64,000 bases of DNA from Torpedo marmorata (lineage: Eukaryota), in contig OZ360229.1 in assembly GCA_977017645.1 (NCBI GenBank), positions 101,494,001 to 101,558,000 of the forward strand. The letters run 5' to 3'. This document shows positions 1-55,388 of the stretch, piece after piece; the first letter of the stretch is position 1; every line of letters starts with the position of its first letter. The notes below the pieces were generated by a model. It worked only from the letters and a program-made list of their open reading frames with translations, had not been told where the DNA came from and did no database searches. The position numbers and the translations under genes are program-made.

Positions 1-174
1 TGTGAAGAAAGAATGCCGATAATTCCACCCTGCTCTGTTTCCACACTGAATCTCATGTGGCCCCACAACATTCATCTTTCAAAAAATTTTGGGGCAACGT
101 TTCACGACAAAGATATTTGGACTCTCCAGTGCGACTTGCGTTATGCTTGGTGGATGTCACTTTTGGATATGGTG

Positions 175-890
175 TTACAAATTGTTTGTTAGGCCACACT
201 TGGAATATTGTACGCAGTTCTGGTCACCGCACTATAGGAACGACATGACTAAGTAACTGAGGGTGCAGAAAAGATTCGCAGGAGTATTGCCAGAACTAGA
301 GAGCTTGAAATACAAGAGAAATTTGATAGGACAAAGCTGTTTTCCCAGTGCAAAGGAGGCCAGCTTGTGGCTGTTTATAAAATTATGAGGAACATGGGTA
401 GGAAGGCAGAGCCTAATAATAGAGGGCATAGGGTGAAGATGAGGGGGAAAGTCACTTGCTCAGATTTTTTAAGACTGGATCTCCCTGGCACAAAGCCAGG
501 CTGACTTTCTCTACTAAGGCAATGATTTTTCAAATGCAAGTAAATCCTCTCCCTAAGATTCTTCTCCTTTTAATCATCCAACATAATCTAGATGTTCTTG
601 TACATGAATTGCAAAAAGTAGCAGGCAGTTCAGAAGACAAATGACATGTGGGGTTGGAGTTTAGAAATAGGAAAGTATTGTTACATTTGTACAAGTTGTC
701 AGTGAGGTCACACCTAAAGTACTGTGCACAATATTAGTTCCCTTATTTAAGAAAGGGTACTAGCTTTGGAGGCAAAACAAAAGAGATTCGCTGGCTAATT
801 TCTGGGATGAGTGTTTTCCTCTATCACAAACAGCTAGAAGAGTTGGATTTTGGAATTTACAAGAATAAGGGTGAACTTACTGAAACACTT
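175..890 (+). mobile_element. Old CR1 fragments (about 175-450 and 590-890)
   Basis: Decayed RPHLEYC and RMRGDLIE nucleotide signatures. Confidence 0.6.
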
Positions 891-898
891 TATCATAG

Positions 899-996
899 GA
901 GTGAGCAAGAGGATGAGGAGAATCTAAGCACAATCCAGCAAGGTGGAACGAGCAAAGTACCAGGAAGGATGTCAAGCAGCAGTGATTCAACGCAAG
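899..996 (+). CDS. ARHGEF12: Candidate ARHGEF12 internal exon (SEQEDEENLSTIQQGGTSKVPGRMSSSSDSTQ)
   Basis: catAG|G at 897-899 and CAAG|GTacc at 996/997. The phase-1 end joins exon 1738 as Gly. The acidic peptide loosely resembles the post-PH linker of LARG. Weak polypyrimidine tract. Confidence 0.45.
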
Positions 997-1737
997 GTAC
1001 CAAAATATATCAAGGAACCTTATGTTCCTGAGATATCTGAAACAGTATACAGCTGTTTAAAAGCTTGTCTTGTGAATCAGTAGCATGTATTTATGAATGT
1101 GTTATATTGATTGCTTTTCTGGGTCTTTTATGGGAATACTTTGCAGGTTTTTGTACAGATGTTTATAGGTGTCCTTTTCTGATCCAACATGTGGATATCT
1201 CTAATTGTGTGAATCGAATTTAGAAGTGTTTACTTCAATGCAAAGGTAAATCGGCTGAATTAATTTTGCCTATTGAAATAAATAAAGCAATGTACTTCGA
1301 AAAAATTGAAAGGTTTCAAATGTCATCCATAGATAGTCTTGGAGAATGGAGTTTGTCTCTGGATTTTAAACAGTTTTGTTGAAAGGGATTGGATCCATTT
1401 CCTGCTGTAGATTATCATTCAATTTGGTTCTGAATCCTTGCTTATTGACTTCCCAGAATTCTCCACAGAATTTGTCATTTTCAAAATCGAAGAGACAATT
1501 TGAGCCTCGTGTGGAGAGGTGTTGGGGATGTGGTCCTACATCATGAAGAGATCATGATGGATAGTTGTGGCTCTAACTTAAATGTCACCCTGATCATTGG
1601 TACATTACTAATAAAATATGCATGCATTTGTGCCCTCGGTGTTTCCTTTTGAAGTCAGATTGTCACCAGGAACGCAGCCATAAGATAAAGCAAGAAAAGC
1701 TTTGAATGGTCTGAGTAATGGCTGATCTCCGTCACAG

Positions 1738-1965
1738 GTAAAGAGATCGACCCACTGGCTGTGAATCTTTCAGTTTCCAGCAAACAGAAACCTAGTACAA
1801 TCATCTCTGGGCAGGAGACGGAGGAGCAGGCAAGGTACAACAGCCTCCGGAGACCAACGGCAGGGCGGCCTCCCTACAGAAGCACTGAGCTGCACTATTC
1901 AAGCCAGGCTCGGGATTCAATGTCATCATTCCCTTTTTCAAGAGCAGAAGCTGCACTAATAAACC
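1738..1965 (+). CDS. ARHGEF12: ARHGEF12 (LARG) C-terminal region exon, ...FSRAEAALIN
   Basis: cacAG acceptor and C|GTAAGT donor. Splices to 2269 giving AEAALINLHSLKQLLLVQMLG, similar to recalled human ALRNLGLLKQLLVQQLG. Confidence 0.8.
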
Positions 1966-2268
1966 GTAAGTAAACACTGCACATTATTTTGGGATGTAGG
2001 TATGGTCAGGGAAAATGTCTGCACATCACAGGGTCCAACTTGGAGCCTTTGCAGTGAGGTGACAAAACTATTCCTTGGTTTGCTGATTTTTTTTTCAGCT
2101 AGAATTCCTTTTGGGGTGGTTTGTCCTCTGCCAACTCTCAACCACAGCTGCCCACTGTCACACTAGCAAATGTTTAAAGATAAATAATGCTTGCCACTGA
2201 AAATGTTTCTCGATTACTGCAAAGTCCCCAGTATTTGATTCACTGCAGCATTTTCTCCCTCTCCTCAG

Positions 2269-2724
2269 TTCATTCCTTGAAGCAATTGCTGTTAGTTCAG
2301 ATGCTCGGTTCAGAAGATGATATCAGCGATGGAGCACCTATTCAGCACCTTCCAGAAGAGGACAGTTTACTAGCATCACTAAAGCAGGGGACAGATGAGC
2401 CATCTGACAGCACGACGTGTTGTCAAGGCGAGACACCCAACAAGTTACTGCAGCATCAGCTAGAGGTAGCCAATGGGACACTGGAAGAAGTGGAAGCTGA
2501 CACAAGAGTTAGTGAAAGGACTAAACTTTCCCCTCAGTTCACACTGGAAGTGAGTCACAATGACCGTATCACAACTGAAGGACATGGACCAGATTTGGTA
2601 ACAGATGATGGTGGAGAAAGGTTTTATGATGCTCCAGAAGATTATTCAGAAGAGCATCAAGTACAAGGGAGCAGTCCAAGTCTAAGTAGAGAAGAGGAGG
2701 CAAAGTCACAAACCCATGCATCAG
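2269..2724 (+). CDS. ARHGEF12: ARHGEF12 exon (HSLKQLLLVQMLG...GERFYDAPEDYSEE...HAS)
   Basis: Strong polypyrimidine tract with ctcAG, donor G|GTTAGT. DDGGERFYDAPEDYSEE resembles recalled human DDSGEHFFDAREAHSDE. Confidence 0.87.
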
Positions 2725-3063
2725 GTTAGTTGCAAACATGAGCTGCTCACACAATTGGTGTCCATTCTTCATAGATCTGTGGTGTACCTCATGGAAATGT
2801 TGTTTCTCAGCAGTTTTCAATTTGTTTTCCTTTGTGTTCTTGAGACTAATTGGTAATTTGATGCACCATTGGTGCATTGGTCGATTTGTCTTGACTTCAA
2901 GCAAGTGTTGCACAGCTGCATCACCTAAAATAAAGTATTGGTTTACATACCGGTAGTTATAACGTGAGACTTTGGGTTCTATCCTATTTTTTAAGAAATC
3001 TTCACCCTAAGATTCTCAAAGGTATCATTAACATTTACTAATTTTTTTTTTTCACCGTGGCAG

Positions 3064-3323
3064 GGAATTTCCTAACCCTGGATGAATTTCCACAAACAGA
3101 AGGGAGCTCCACTGATGAAATAGATATGTCTACACTGCCGCCCGATTATTCTGTGGATTGTATCACTCAAAGCACAGAGGCAAGGGAGAGCAACAGTGCA
3201 ACTGATCCTAGAAATACAGAAGGGTCAGAGACAGGAATTAGACAGCTGCTTCCTTCATCACATGTGCGCAACCAAATCCTCCAATTCATACATAGTATCG
3301 AGTCTGATCTGAAATATTTAAAG
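3064..3323 (+). CDS. ARHGEF12: ARHGEF12 exon (GNFLTLDEF...SSTDE...QILQFIHSIESDLKYLK)
   Basis: Poly-T tract with cAG, donor AAG|GTAAC. Matches recalled human GNYLILDGY..ESSTDEE and QIMEYIHKIEADLEHLK (C-terminal coiled coil). Confidence 0.9.
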
Positions 3324-4148
3324 GTAACGTGCTAACTTGGGATCTACCCATCAACATCGTGTCTGCCCCGGTGTACCTGATCTTTGGTGTGACGTTCTGC
3401 TACATCCCATCCCAAGGCTGTGTTTAATTCCTGTGATGGGGCTAGTGAATTTTCTCCTTGTCAGTGTACTTTATAAAAATTAGTGTTCAAATGTTCTTGC
3501 CTGCAATTAATTGGTACAGTGAGGAGGTTAGAGGTGGTTATAATCTCTCTCGGAGAAACCCTGAATAAATGCCTAAACCAAGTAACTTATTATTCCGAAT
3601 GATTAGCGACTCGACCTTGATCTGTTGGGAATCTGCTTGGTAAGTACAGTCATGGTTACTGGAGCTGCTAATGTCTCTATAGATTTTGATTTTTCAGATG
3701 AGGAGCATGAAGGACATAATATGGCAGCTCAAACCACTGAATCAGAATTGCTTTGTCCTGCATTTCTTAAATTCATATTTACTTCATATCATTTGAAGTG
3801 ACAAAATGAAAACTGTAATTTCCTGACATCAATAAAAATGGCTGTTTGAAATTGAGGGCCAACATATGGAGACCACATAATCTTGTTAAAGCACGTATGC
3901 AGTTTCCCACAGAGTCGCATTCAGAGAGAATGGGTAAAGGCACAAAAAAAAACCCATAAGGAATGTGGAAAACTGAAAAGCCTCTGAATGCTAGCTCCCA
4001 TTTCAAATAGTCACTAGTCCTAGAGCAGACTTGCAGCACTGTAACTCCGTACTGACAGGAGGGGAAATAAAGAGGTAAATTGGGCTGCAGTCTTACTAAC
4101 TGATGGCAGTCATTGTGTCTGAACCCATTCTTTGGATATTCATTTCAG

Positions 4149-4206
4149 GAGCTGGAATGCTGCAGTCAGCATGTCCTAGAGTCCACAGCTTCACAGGAGC
4201 CAACAG
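4149..4206 (+). CDS. ARHGEF12: ARHGEF12 penultimate exon (ELECCSQHVLESTASQEPT)
   Basis: tttcAG acceptor, CAG|GTAAGT donor, 58 nt, phase 0 to 1, in frame with exon 3064-3323. Confidence 0.75.
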
Positions 4207-6120
4207 GTAAGTGTCTGATCACATTTCCATTTTACTTGCACTCAAACATCAGATCCTCAACAGAAAGCAAGTAATAGCCGTCCACATGTGTAGAGGGGAT
4301 ACTTTGTAACTATGAGCCATAGTTGTCTTGATTTGGGAACTGTTCCTTTTGAGTAGAAAATTATGTCTGTCATTCTGCTTTTTAAGAAAGGTGAGTAGGA
4401 AAGCCTGGGAATTATAGAAAACAGAACTAGATGTTGGAATCTGAAACACTAGAAGAACGCAGCCACTTCAAGCAGCATGTGGAGAAGGAGAAACCAGTAA
4501 TGTTTTGGGTCCAGGATCCTTCTCAGGGAATTATAGTCCTGTTAGACTTTTGCTTTGAAATTAAGGAAATTGTTTAAGGATGGGGTGACCTGAGGGTGAA
4601 AACTTTAATACCTGATAAATTTAATTTTTTTTGGAGGTAACTGAAGTAATTGATGGGGAATGTCTATGAATATTTTCTTCTGTGGTCATACAATAGGATT
4701 GTATGGTACAGAAACAGGTCATGCAATCCAACAGTCTATTCTGCTATTTGTATACCACATGACCCTCTTCCTATTTTTTTTTCCTCATCTAAGTTTTCCA
4801 GTGTAATTCACTTTTCCTTCCTTCTGCTAGTCTAGTGTTAAATATTAGAGTTCCACCTTCTAACCACTCTTTGGTACAGACATTTCTTCTGAATTCAGAT
4901 TTCTTGGTAATTATTTTCTTTTTCTCCCATAAGTTAAAACATTTTCTTTTTGAGCTTTTTCAAATCTTTCACTTTTAAACCCCTTTATCAGATTCCCTTC
5001 AGTCATCTATTCTCGAGAGAGAAAAAAACATGTCCATCCATTGCTGATGTGTATGCTCTTGCATTTTTTCTATCAAATTTATAAATCTTCTTCACCTCTT
5101 TCCTTTGGATAATATGGGATTGAAAACTATAACCATACTGAAGTGTGGTCTAAGGTTTGATATAGGTTTAGCACAACTTTCCACCTCCAATCTATGGCAC
5201 AACTTTTTAGTGATTGGTGCATTTGATCTCGAAGATTCCCATGTTCCTCTACCCAACTTAGACGTACATTGGATGAATAAGCCACTGACTTACCCAGATG
5301 TAATACCTTGCATTATAATCATTGGACTTCATGTTCCATATTTCACCAATTCTAGAAGTTTATTAATTAAAGTCATGGAGACATGCAGGACAAACAGGTC
5401 CTTTGTCGCACCCCCCCCCCCCCTGCCCCCCATGTCTATGCTGACCATCAAGTACGTATCTATTAATAATCTCATTTTCCAGCTATTGGGCCATAGCCTT
5501 GTATGATTTGGCTATTCAAGTTCTCATTTAGATAATACTTTAAATGTTGTTCATCGCCTAACCAGGCAATATGTTCCTGATTCTAACCACCCTCTGAAAA
5601 TATTCTTCCTCGGATCTACCCAAAACTTCTCAAAAAGATCTAACTGAAGTCCATATGTACAACATCAACCTCACTGTGCTCAATATGTTTTGTTTGGGAA
5701 AAATTCAATCAAGTTGGTCAGACAGAATTTCCTCCTAACCTATGCTAATAATTTTTAATTAATCCCTGCCTTGTTAAATATTTGATAGCTGCAAGTGAGT
5801 GCCAGATAACTTGAGTGATGCAAATATGCTTCATTGTATTCCAGAAGGGCAGTAGGTATAAGCCATCTGCCAGTCTAATGTCAGTGCTAGGGGGTGGGGA
5901 GTTCGAAAACAAAAAATAATAATAATAATTTGAGAAACAGGATTAATATGCAATGCTTTAAAATTCTGTTCACTGAAATCTGAAATGTTGAGTTCTCACT
6001 CCAGTCCTTTGGAACCATGTTTCTGTGAAAATGAACTATGAAACTTTGAAGTTTGATAGCCTTGGTATCATTTTCCCATGTGCTGATCATTGCTCTGTTC
6101 TTTCTGCCTTACTAGTCAGA

Positions 6121-6202
6121 CTCCTTGCATTAAAATGAATGTAATGTCTTCTTGCACTCCTTGCATTAAAATGAATGTAATGTCTTCTTGCACTCCTTGC
6201 AT
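6121..6202. repeat. Perfect 36-bp tandem duplication (2.3 copies)
   Basis: CTCCTTGCATTAAAATGAATGTAATGTCTTCTTGCA twice plus the first 10 nt. Confidence 0.95.
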
Positions 6203-7499
6203 GTGCTTTATTACATCCATATCTGTTCTAGACTAAGTTTTCTATTTATATTTAACTATACCCTCCTTCCTGCAAATGAACATTACCCTATGTCCCATTC
6301 CCCTGTCCAACATCACAAGTAAATCTCCCAACAAGGATGTCAGCTTATTCAAGTTCACGTGCAACCTGTCCAGCTGGTGCAGCTCCCACCTTCTCTGGAA
6401 ACAGTCTCAGTGATACAGAAATTTAAAGCTCGTCCTCCTACACCATCCCATTAGTTTCTTATTTATAACTCCTATCCTCCTAGTCACTAACAAGAGGCAC
6501 TGACAGTAATTCAGAGATTACAACTTTTCGGGTCCTGCTCTTTAATCTGCAAACTAACTCCCTAAATTCATGTTGCAGAGTTTTTTCTGCCTTTCTAGCT
6601 AGGTAATCTGTACCAATATGGACCATGACCTCTGTTTTACCCTCAGCATTTTAGAATGCTTTGTAACTGTTCTGTGATGGGCTTGATTCTAGCACCAGGG
6701 CAAATGTCTGTTTCCCTCACTATTCTGTCTTTTGCCATGATTCCATTGGATTCTTTCTCCATCTTCCTTGTGTAGCTGAGCCACCCACAGTGTCATGATC
6801 TAGCTGGACCCGCAAAGAGACAGCTCTGAAGTGGGATGCGTTCTGAGGTGTCCCTGACTATCTGCCTGCTTCCCTTCCTTTCTGTATCTTCCTGTAGTCA
6901 TCCTCTAATTTGTTGTATTCCTCCTCAGCATCGACTATCCCTCTATACTTCAATCCCAGAGTCTAAATTGTTGATCTGAATTATGAGCAATGGTCACAGC
7001 ACTGATCCTTGTGGAATATTCCTGCTCCTCTCACCATGAATTATTACTCTTTCTTGCTACTCTCTGCTTTCTGCCCTGAAGCTAGCTGGTAATCCATCCT
7101 AGTACTTGTATAACTTTGCATTCCTTGATGTGCTTTTGTATTATGGGGTACTTTATCAAAAATCTTTTGAAAACCTAGATAAATTACATCAATTACATTA
7201 CCTACTCATTGTTTGGTTGAATAAGATTGCCATTCTTGAAATCCATGCCAGCAGTTCATTATTATTCTCTCTGCATTTAGATGTTCTTCTATTTTCTGCA
7301 TCAGAACTTCTGTTATTCTTTTCTACCACAGATGTTGAGCTAATTGGACTATAATTCCCTGGACTTTCAAAAGGCATTCAGTGAAATCCCTTGGAGCTGA
7401 TAGCTCAAGTTGAAGCTTGTAGAATGACAATCTCCCAAGTAGACCAATAAACTGTCTCCTGTTGTTCAGTGTAAGAAAGATATGACCAGAGTATAAATG

Positions 7500-8325
7500 G
7501 AAAGACAAAATTGTGTTGAATGCAATTATTTGTAGGTAAACATGAAGTTCTCCAATTTTGGATATAAAAAGGATACAGTGCTTTCTAAAAATAAAAAAGT
7601 AGACTTGTGGACTCCAGGGAGTTGACGGGAGACAAAAATGTAATCAAAAATACTTGCAGATTGCTAGAGAACTAGATGTGAGGGTAGGAATTATCCTGCA
7701 GCCTTCCATAGCAGGATGAGGCCACACTTGCAGAATTGCGAACAGCTCTGGCCATTGTATAGTTAAAAGGGTCAATTGACTTTGTAGAAATTGCAGTGGA
7801 GATTTACCAGAAAGATGCCTTGATGTCAGGGGCCAAGTTATCAGTAGAGACCACATAAGGAACAATTACATTATTTGCTAATATGCTATTAAATCATCCC
7901 TTAGCAATGTATTTATTAGGAGAGATTGGATGGGCTGGATTTATTCTCAATTGAGTGTAGGAGATTGACAGATGACCTTAGGTTTATTAAAATGAGGGGT
8001 ATAGATAAGATACTCAGCCTTTTTCCTAGGGTTGGGAAGTCTAGAACCAGAGGGCACAGGTTAGGGGGGAGAAATTTAAAGGAGATTTGAGTGGTAATTT
8101 TTCACACAATGTAGTGGTTATCTGGAACAAGCTGCCAGAGTTCATGGTAGAAACAGATACAATTTCAATGTTGAAAAGGCATTTGGACAGGTACTTGGAT
8201 AGGAAAGACATAGAAGGATATGGTCCGAATGCAGGCAAATGGGATTAGTATAGATAGGCATTAGTATCGGCATAGATGAGGTGGGCTGAAGGGCTTTTTC
8301 TATGCTGTAGGATTCTATGATTTCA
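7500..8325 (+). mobile_element. Old CR1 fragments
   Basis: ctagaaccagagggcacagg...ggcatttggacaggtacttggatagg 3' signature. Confidence 0.7.
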
Positions 8326-9067
8326 ATGTTCAGGGTTCACAGAAAATCTTCCTGCTGGTTGTGTGTTTTAACAATGTGAATTATGACCTAAATATTAAAA
8401 GCAAACGTTTTGGTGATGAAGTTTTGCAAAGGGTGGTGGATGTTTAAAACTTAATACAAATGACAATTGATTTGGCATTTGCTGATTTAAAACTCAAGAT
8501 TGACCAGTTTCTGCTATCTGGAGGTATTAACAGAAATGAGGAAAATATTCAATTGGGTCACAGATTAACTGGTGCACAGAATGGCAGACTGGTTTGAATG
8601 CAATACAAGCCTGCTCCTGTTCTTCTGTCATGGAGAGGGAGTTGACCCTTTTTTTTTATTATAAACGATATTTTGGGTCAATCTTTACTTTTCCCATCGG
8701 AGAGATCAGAAATATATCTTGCAGTGCACAACCCACAGAACCGTGCAGCCCTCTTCATTTCATGATAACATCGAGTTTCAGTGGTTCTGTGAATCCAGCG
8801 GTTGAACAGAGCTGCAATAAATATTAGCGGGAAACCTAATTGGAGCATGCTAATTAATTTACTAATAGAGGAAGTTAAGAATTTTAATCCTGTAAAATTG
8901 TTTTCATGAAAAGGATAATGGAGTTGTGGAATAAATTATGGGATTAATGAAAATGGACAGAATGGATGGATCAAGTGATGGGTTTGGGGAGAATAATGGT
9001 ACGGGGTAGGTGAGCATGAACTACATTACGGGCTGAGTGTGAAACAATCTCTCTGTTCTATCTACAG

Positions 9068-9078
9068 GAGATAGTTAA
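9068..9078 (+). CDS. ARHGEF12: ARHGEF12 last coding exon (G-D-S-stop), followed by a repeat-poor putative 3'UTR
   Basis: ctctgttctatctacAG|GA GAT AGT TAA. Phase 1 fits the previous exon and parallels the tiny D-K-S-stop ending recalled for human. Confidence 0.62.
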
Positions 9079-11720
9079 TGTAGTTTGTTCAAAAGCGGAA
9101 TCAAGCCAGGCTTGGTGATGGAACATATGGGTGCTTGGAGATGACCCCTTGAAGCTCCTGCTAGATCTGGACTTTAGAGACATTTGTGGAACTGATTGTT
9201 CAAATGCCGCTGATTTCTGGGTCGTTTTTGGGATGGTGTATCAGTGAGTCCTGCCTGTATTGGTGTGTCTTGCCGGTAATGGGTGCATCCCGGATTGGTT
9301 GATGCCATCACCCTCCCTCGTGTGCGCACATCTTTCAATTCTAGAACTGATTTCGTTCTCCACATCTCCAAAAACCAAATGTACAGAAATTCAGCAGGAA
9401 ATCAGCTTAGAGTTTGAAGAAATCAAGATGTATTTATTTGTATTCACTTGCTATGATAAATGCAATCATTTTGTTACAATTTTTATTTTCATAGCCTGTA
9501 TTAAGCTGATTTGCAAATGAAGATTAAGATCTGGTAAATGCATGGAGTCCATATGCTGGGTTCCAACAATGGGGACAGTGGAATAGAAAGCTGAGGTGTA
9601 TGAGAGAGAGTTACAACACTGCTGGGTTGCCACACAGGGTGTGAGTAAGTTCGTGTGTGTTTGTATGTATCTTGCTGTACTGCTAGGGTATGAGAGAGTA
9701 GCTATAGAGGATGCGAGAGAAGATTAGTTGCTCCATTGGGTAAACTCCAGAGGGTGAATGCACAGAACGAGAGAGAGATGTGTCAGTTACTGATCTTCTG
9801 GGGTTTAAGTGAATGTGAGATAGAGAAAGAACTAGTGCACAGAGAATGCAAGGGAGAGCAAGTGTATAGAATGTAAAAGAGATGGAGCAAGCAGAGATGG
9901 AGAGTTGGTGTACGGAGTGCAAGACTGACAGCACAGCTGGGCTGTGAGAGAAGGCGTGCTATTATACAGTTGATTACTACAGCAAAGCTCCTGGTAGCTC
10001 AACCAGGTTCAATATCCACATTATACATGCTGTCGTTATCCTGATCAGATGTAGAATCAGGGTTGTGGACCAAAGCTGCTTTGTAGCAAAACCTCCACTC
10101 AGAGCAAAGTTTCAGGTGCAGTGGCAGGTTAGTGTTTCTCTGGCAAGAGAGCCGCTAACTCTAACTTATCTTTCCTCTGAGTAAGCAGTGTGTTTGCACA
10201 TACAGTTTATCATTCTTTGTACTTTAAGTACTTGGCAAACACACGCACCCCTCACATCCACATAGCCAGGGCTGTCGCATCATGTTTTCTCAGATGCTTG
10301 TCTCTCTCTGATACTATGGTGTTGGCTCAATTTAGTCACAAAATAGCAAGCTTCTGACATATGATGTTGGCAATGTTAATATGACAGACACTGGGTCTGG
10401 CCAATTCTTTTTCTGCCAGAATTTTGTTTATATAATCAATTGATTTGCCTTTAGAGCATTACCTCCAGGGAGCAGTTCCTCCACACTACGAGTAACCCCT
10501 CCTTTCAATCATGTGGCTTCCTATATTACATTGTGCAAAAACGGTAGCTGCTGTTTCCACAGACCTGCAATGTCTAATTATAATTCTTGTCCCATTGGAT
10601 ACAAATACAGGGCTTAGAGGAGAAGCTTCATTTTGGTGATGCATATCAATTGTGAATAAACTGGAAATCACTGTCACCTCGTTCTTGCTGTTTGTTACTG
10701 ATGGTAACGTGAACATGAGACCTGTTAACAAGACACACCCTCCTGGTGGCTGTCAGTTCTAACTCTGACTAAAGCAGATACTTTCAGCTCTCCAATAAAT
10801 TTGCTCACACCACTCTTGCTTTGGACATGATGCTGATTCGGTGGGAGTGCATGTCCTAACTTTGTATATTGCCCCTGATATATGTACAGATCTGCTATAG
10901 CTCTTGTTGTTGCCCTGTACGTCATCCTGTGCAACACACTAACAATGCTGCCTCCCCTGATCTATAGTTTTATTTGTCTCAAGTTTATGACATATTTCAA
11001 TTGGTTTTATCTAACTTTGTAAAATAGCATCTCGTTTAAGATTTAGCAATGACATTATGTTACTTGAAAAAAAAAACAAATATTCTGTTTCTGGGATCTG
11101 GGTTTTAAAGAAATGTTTCATTATAATTAAATTGTTTCAGTATAATTAAAAAGCTGTGGCAGAAAGGTTTGCTTTTGTTATTTTTGATCTAGTCTGTGAT
11201 TTGAGTGTTTTGAATCTGACCACTTACGCAAAGCTTTGGATGGGTGTCACATTGCCTCCCTGTGGTACAAGTTCCTGGAGGGAATGGAATACACTAGCCC
11301 CTAATTTTGCAGGTGTAGATGTACTGCTAGTTCTGACACTCGTTGGAATTAGGGTCAGGAGACCGATTCATTGAAGAACGAGTACCACAGCTCTCTATTC
11401 TTTGGCAATTACAAGCACCTTAGTTATGAGGCATTTTTACCCTCAGTACTTTGGAATGTGCCACAGGCAAGCAAAGTTGGGTTGAATCCCAGTGTTTAAA
11501 ATACAAATCCTTGGAGCTGCAGTATTTTTTTCACAGTGCAAATCCTGAAATCCATGAAAAGGAAGTGTATTACCAAAAAGAATGATGAAATGTGTGTGAA
11601 GAGAGATCACCTGGAAAGAAGGTCTGGAATTGAGGGGGAAGGTTGCATGCTCGAACTGGGCATGGAGCAAAGATGTTAATTTTAGATAAGTTAAGTTCGA
11701 TGAGCTTCAGTTCTATTGAC

Positions 11721-11735
11721 AATAAATCCTTTATT
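11721..11735. terminator. Back-to-back polyadenylation signals AATAAA-tcc-TTTATT
   Basis: AATAAA on + at 11721-11726 and on - at 11730-11735, about 250 nt past the TECTA stop. A second - strand signal lies at 11799-11804. Confidence 0.45.
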
Positions 11736-11982
11736 TCAATGTTTGTCATCCTAAATACAGACAAAAGTTGAAATCCTAAAACTCGCCAATCCTGGCTGTT
11801 TATTTCAGGATAAAAGAGCAAGTTCCAACTCTGTAAAAATGCATACAACAGTCCTGATTTTTCAATATTTTTCTACAGAAGCATTATTTAATTAAATAAA
11901 ATTGATCCCCAAAACAGATGCAATTGCAGTTGTTTCTTTAATTTTGGTCAATCCCACTTCAATCTTGCTCCCAAGTCTTCTG

Positions 11983-54044
<42,062 letters not shown>

Positions 54045-54231
54045 GATCCTGCAACAGAACAATGGCGAGAGTTATGGCTTCATTATCAAAATAATACTCT
54101 GCGCAGCGGTTAAACCGCTTTCTTGCATTATCTTCTGTTTAGAGCAAAAGAGGACCATAACCTCACAGCAGAGTAAATTTTGGGGAGGTCTTATAGAGGC
54201 ATTCAAATTTTGTTTAAATTGGGAACGTTTC

Positions 54232-54778
54232 CTTTTTTTTTTCCAATCTTTTTTATTGTTTTTTTATATATAAGAAATACAATACAATGAAGAAAAGGGA
54301 ACGAAACTGAAAATGCAATATCACATGTGCGTATATATATATATATATATAAAGATAAAACTTCAAACAGTATAAACTCGGTCCCCCCTCCACTGCAATG
54401 GTTGAAAATGAAAAAAACATCAAAAGTATCATATTAAAAAAAACAAACAGCTGAGCAGCTTATCCTGAGGGTTACATATATTTTGTAGTTTTTGGTTCCT
54501 AACGTAAATCAAAAAACAAAGGTAAGACTATATCTTATCTGGAAGAGTAAATACATCTAATCACATTAGAAACACTTACATCATATGAAAATAAGACATA
54601 AAAGGGCGCCATGTATCTTCAAATTTCACCGATGAATCAAATACATGATATCTAATTTTTCTAAGCTTAGACAAGACATAATATGAGAAAACCATTGAAA
54701 CACTGTTGGAGGTCTAGAGTCTTTCCATTTGAATAGGATGGCTCTTCTAGCCAACAATGTAGAGAAAGCCACAACCCG
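54232..54778 (-). mobile_element. L1-clade LINE 3' end
   Basis: Minus strand reads LLARRAILFKWKDSRPP..WFSHIMSCLSLEKIRY. Poly-T and tttatt at the left end. Confidence 0.85.
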
Positions 54779-54896
54779 TTGAACAGGTATGTGTTTAGAC
54801 TGTTGAGTGATTTGGAAACCAGAGAGAATTACTTAATATCAAAAGGAACTCTGGTAGGAAAAAAAAAGGTTTACAAAACTGGTATTGGAACCAGTT

Positions 54897-55388
54897 TTGT
54901 AGTGAACACAGCCCAGGACATTACAGGCAAAACCCTCCCCACTTTTGAGTACATCTACAGGGAACGCTGCCGTCGGAATGCAGCAGCAATCATCAAAGAC
55001 CCACACCACCCAGCACACGCTCTGTTCTCCCTGCTGCCATCAGGAGAGAGGTATAGGTGCCACAAGACTCGCACCACCAGGTTTAGGAACAGCTGCTACC
55101 CCTCCACCATCAGAATCATCAGCGACAAAGTCAAACCAGAGACTCATTTAAGAACTCTTACTCGTGCACTTTATTGATTTTTCTTTGCTCTCTCTGTATT
55201 GCACAGTCAGTTCCATTTTCAGTTTCATTCGTTACCTGTTGGCAGTTCTTTTGATTGTTTACATGTTTACGCTGTGTACAGTTTACTTTTGCACAATTAG
55301 TGGTAATTCTGCTGCGCCCGCAGGAAAAAGAATCTCAGGGTTGTATGTGACGTCATGTATGTACTCTGAAAATAAATCTGAAATCTGG
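54897..55388 (+). mobile_element. Rex1/Babar-type LINE 3' fragment
   Basis: IIKDPHHPAHALFSLLPSGERYR...RFRNSCYP. Tail aataaatctgaaatctg. Confidence 0.85.
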
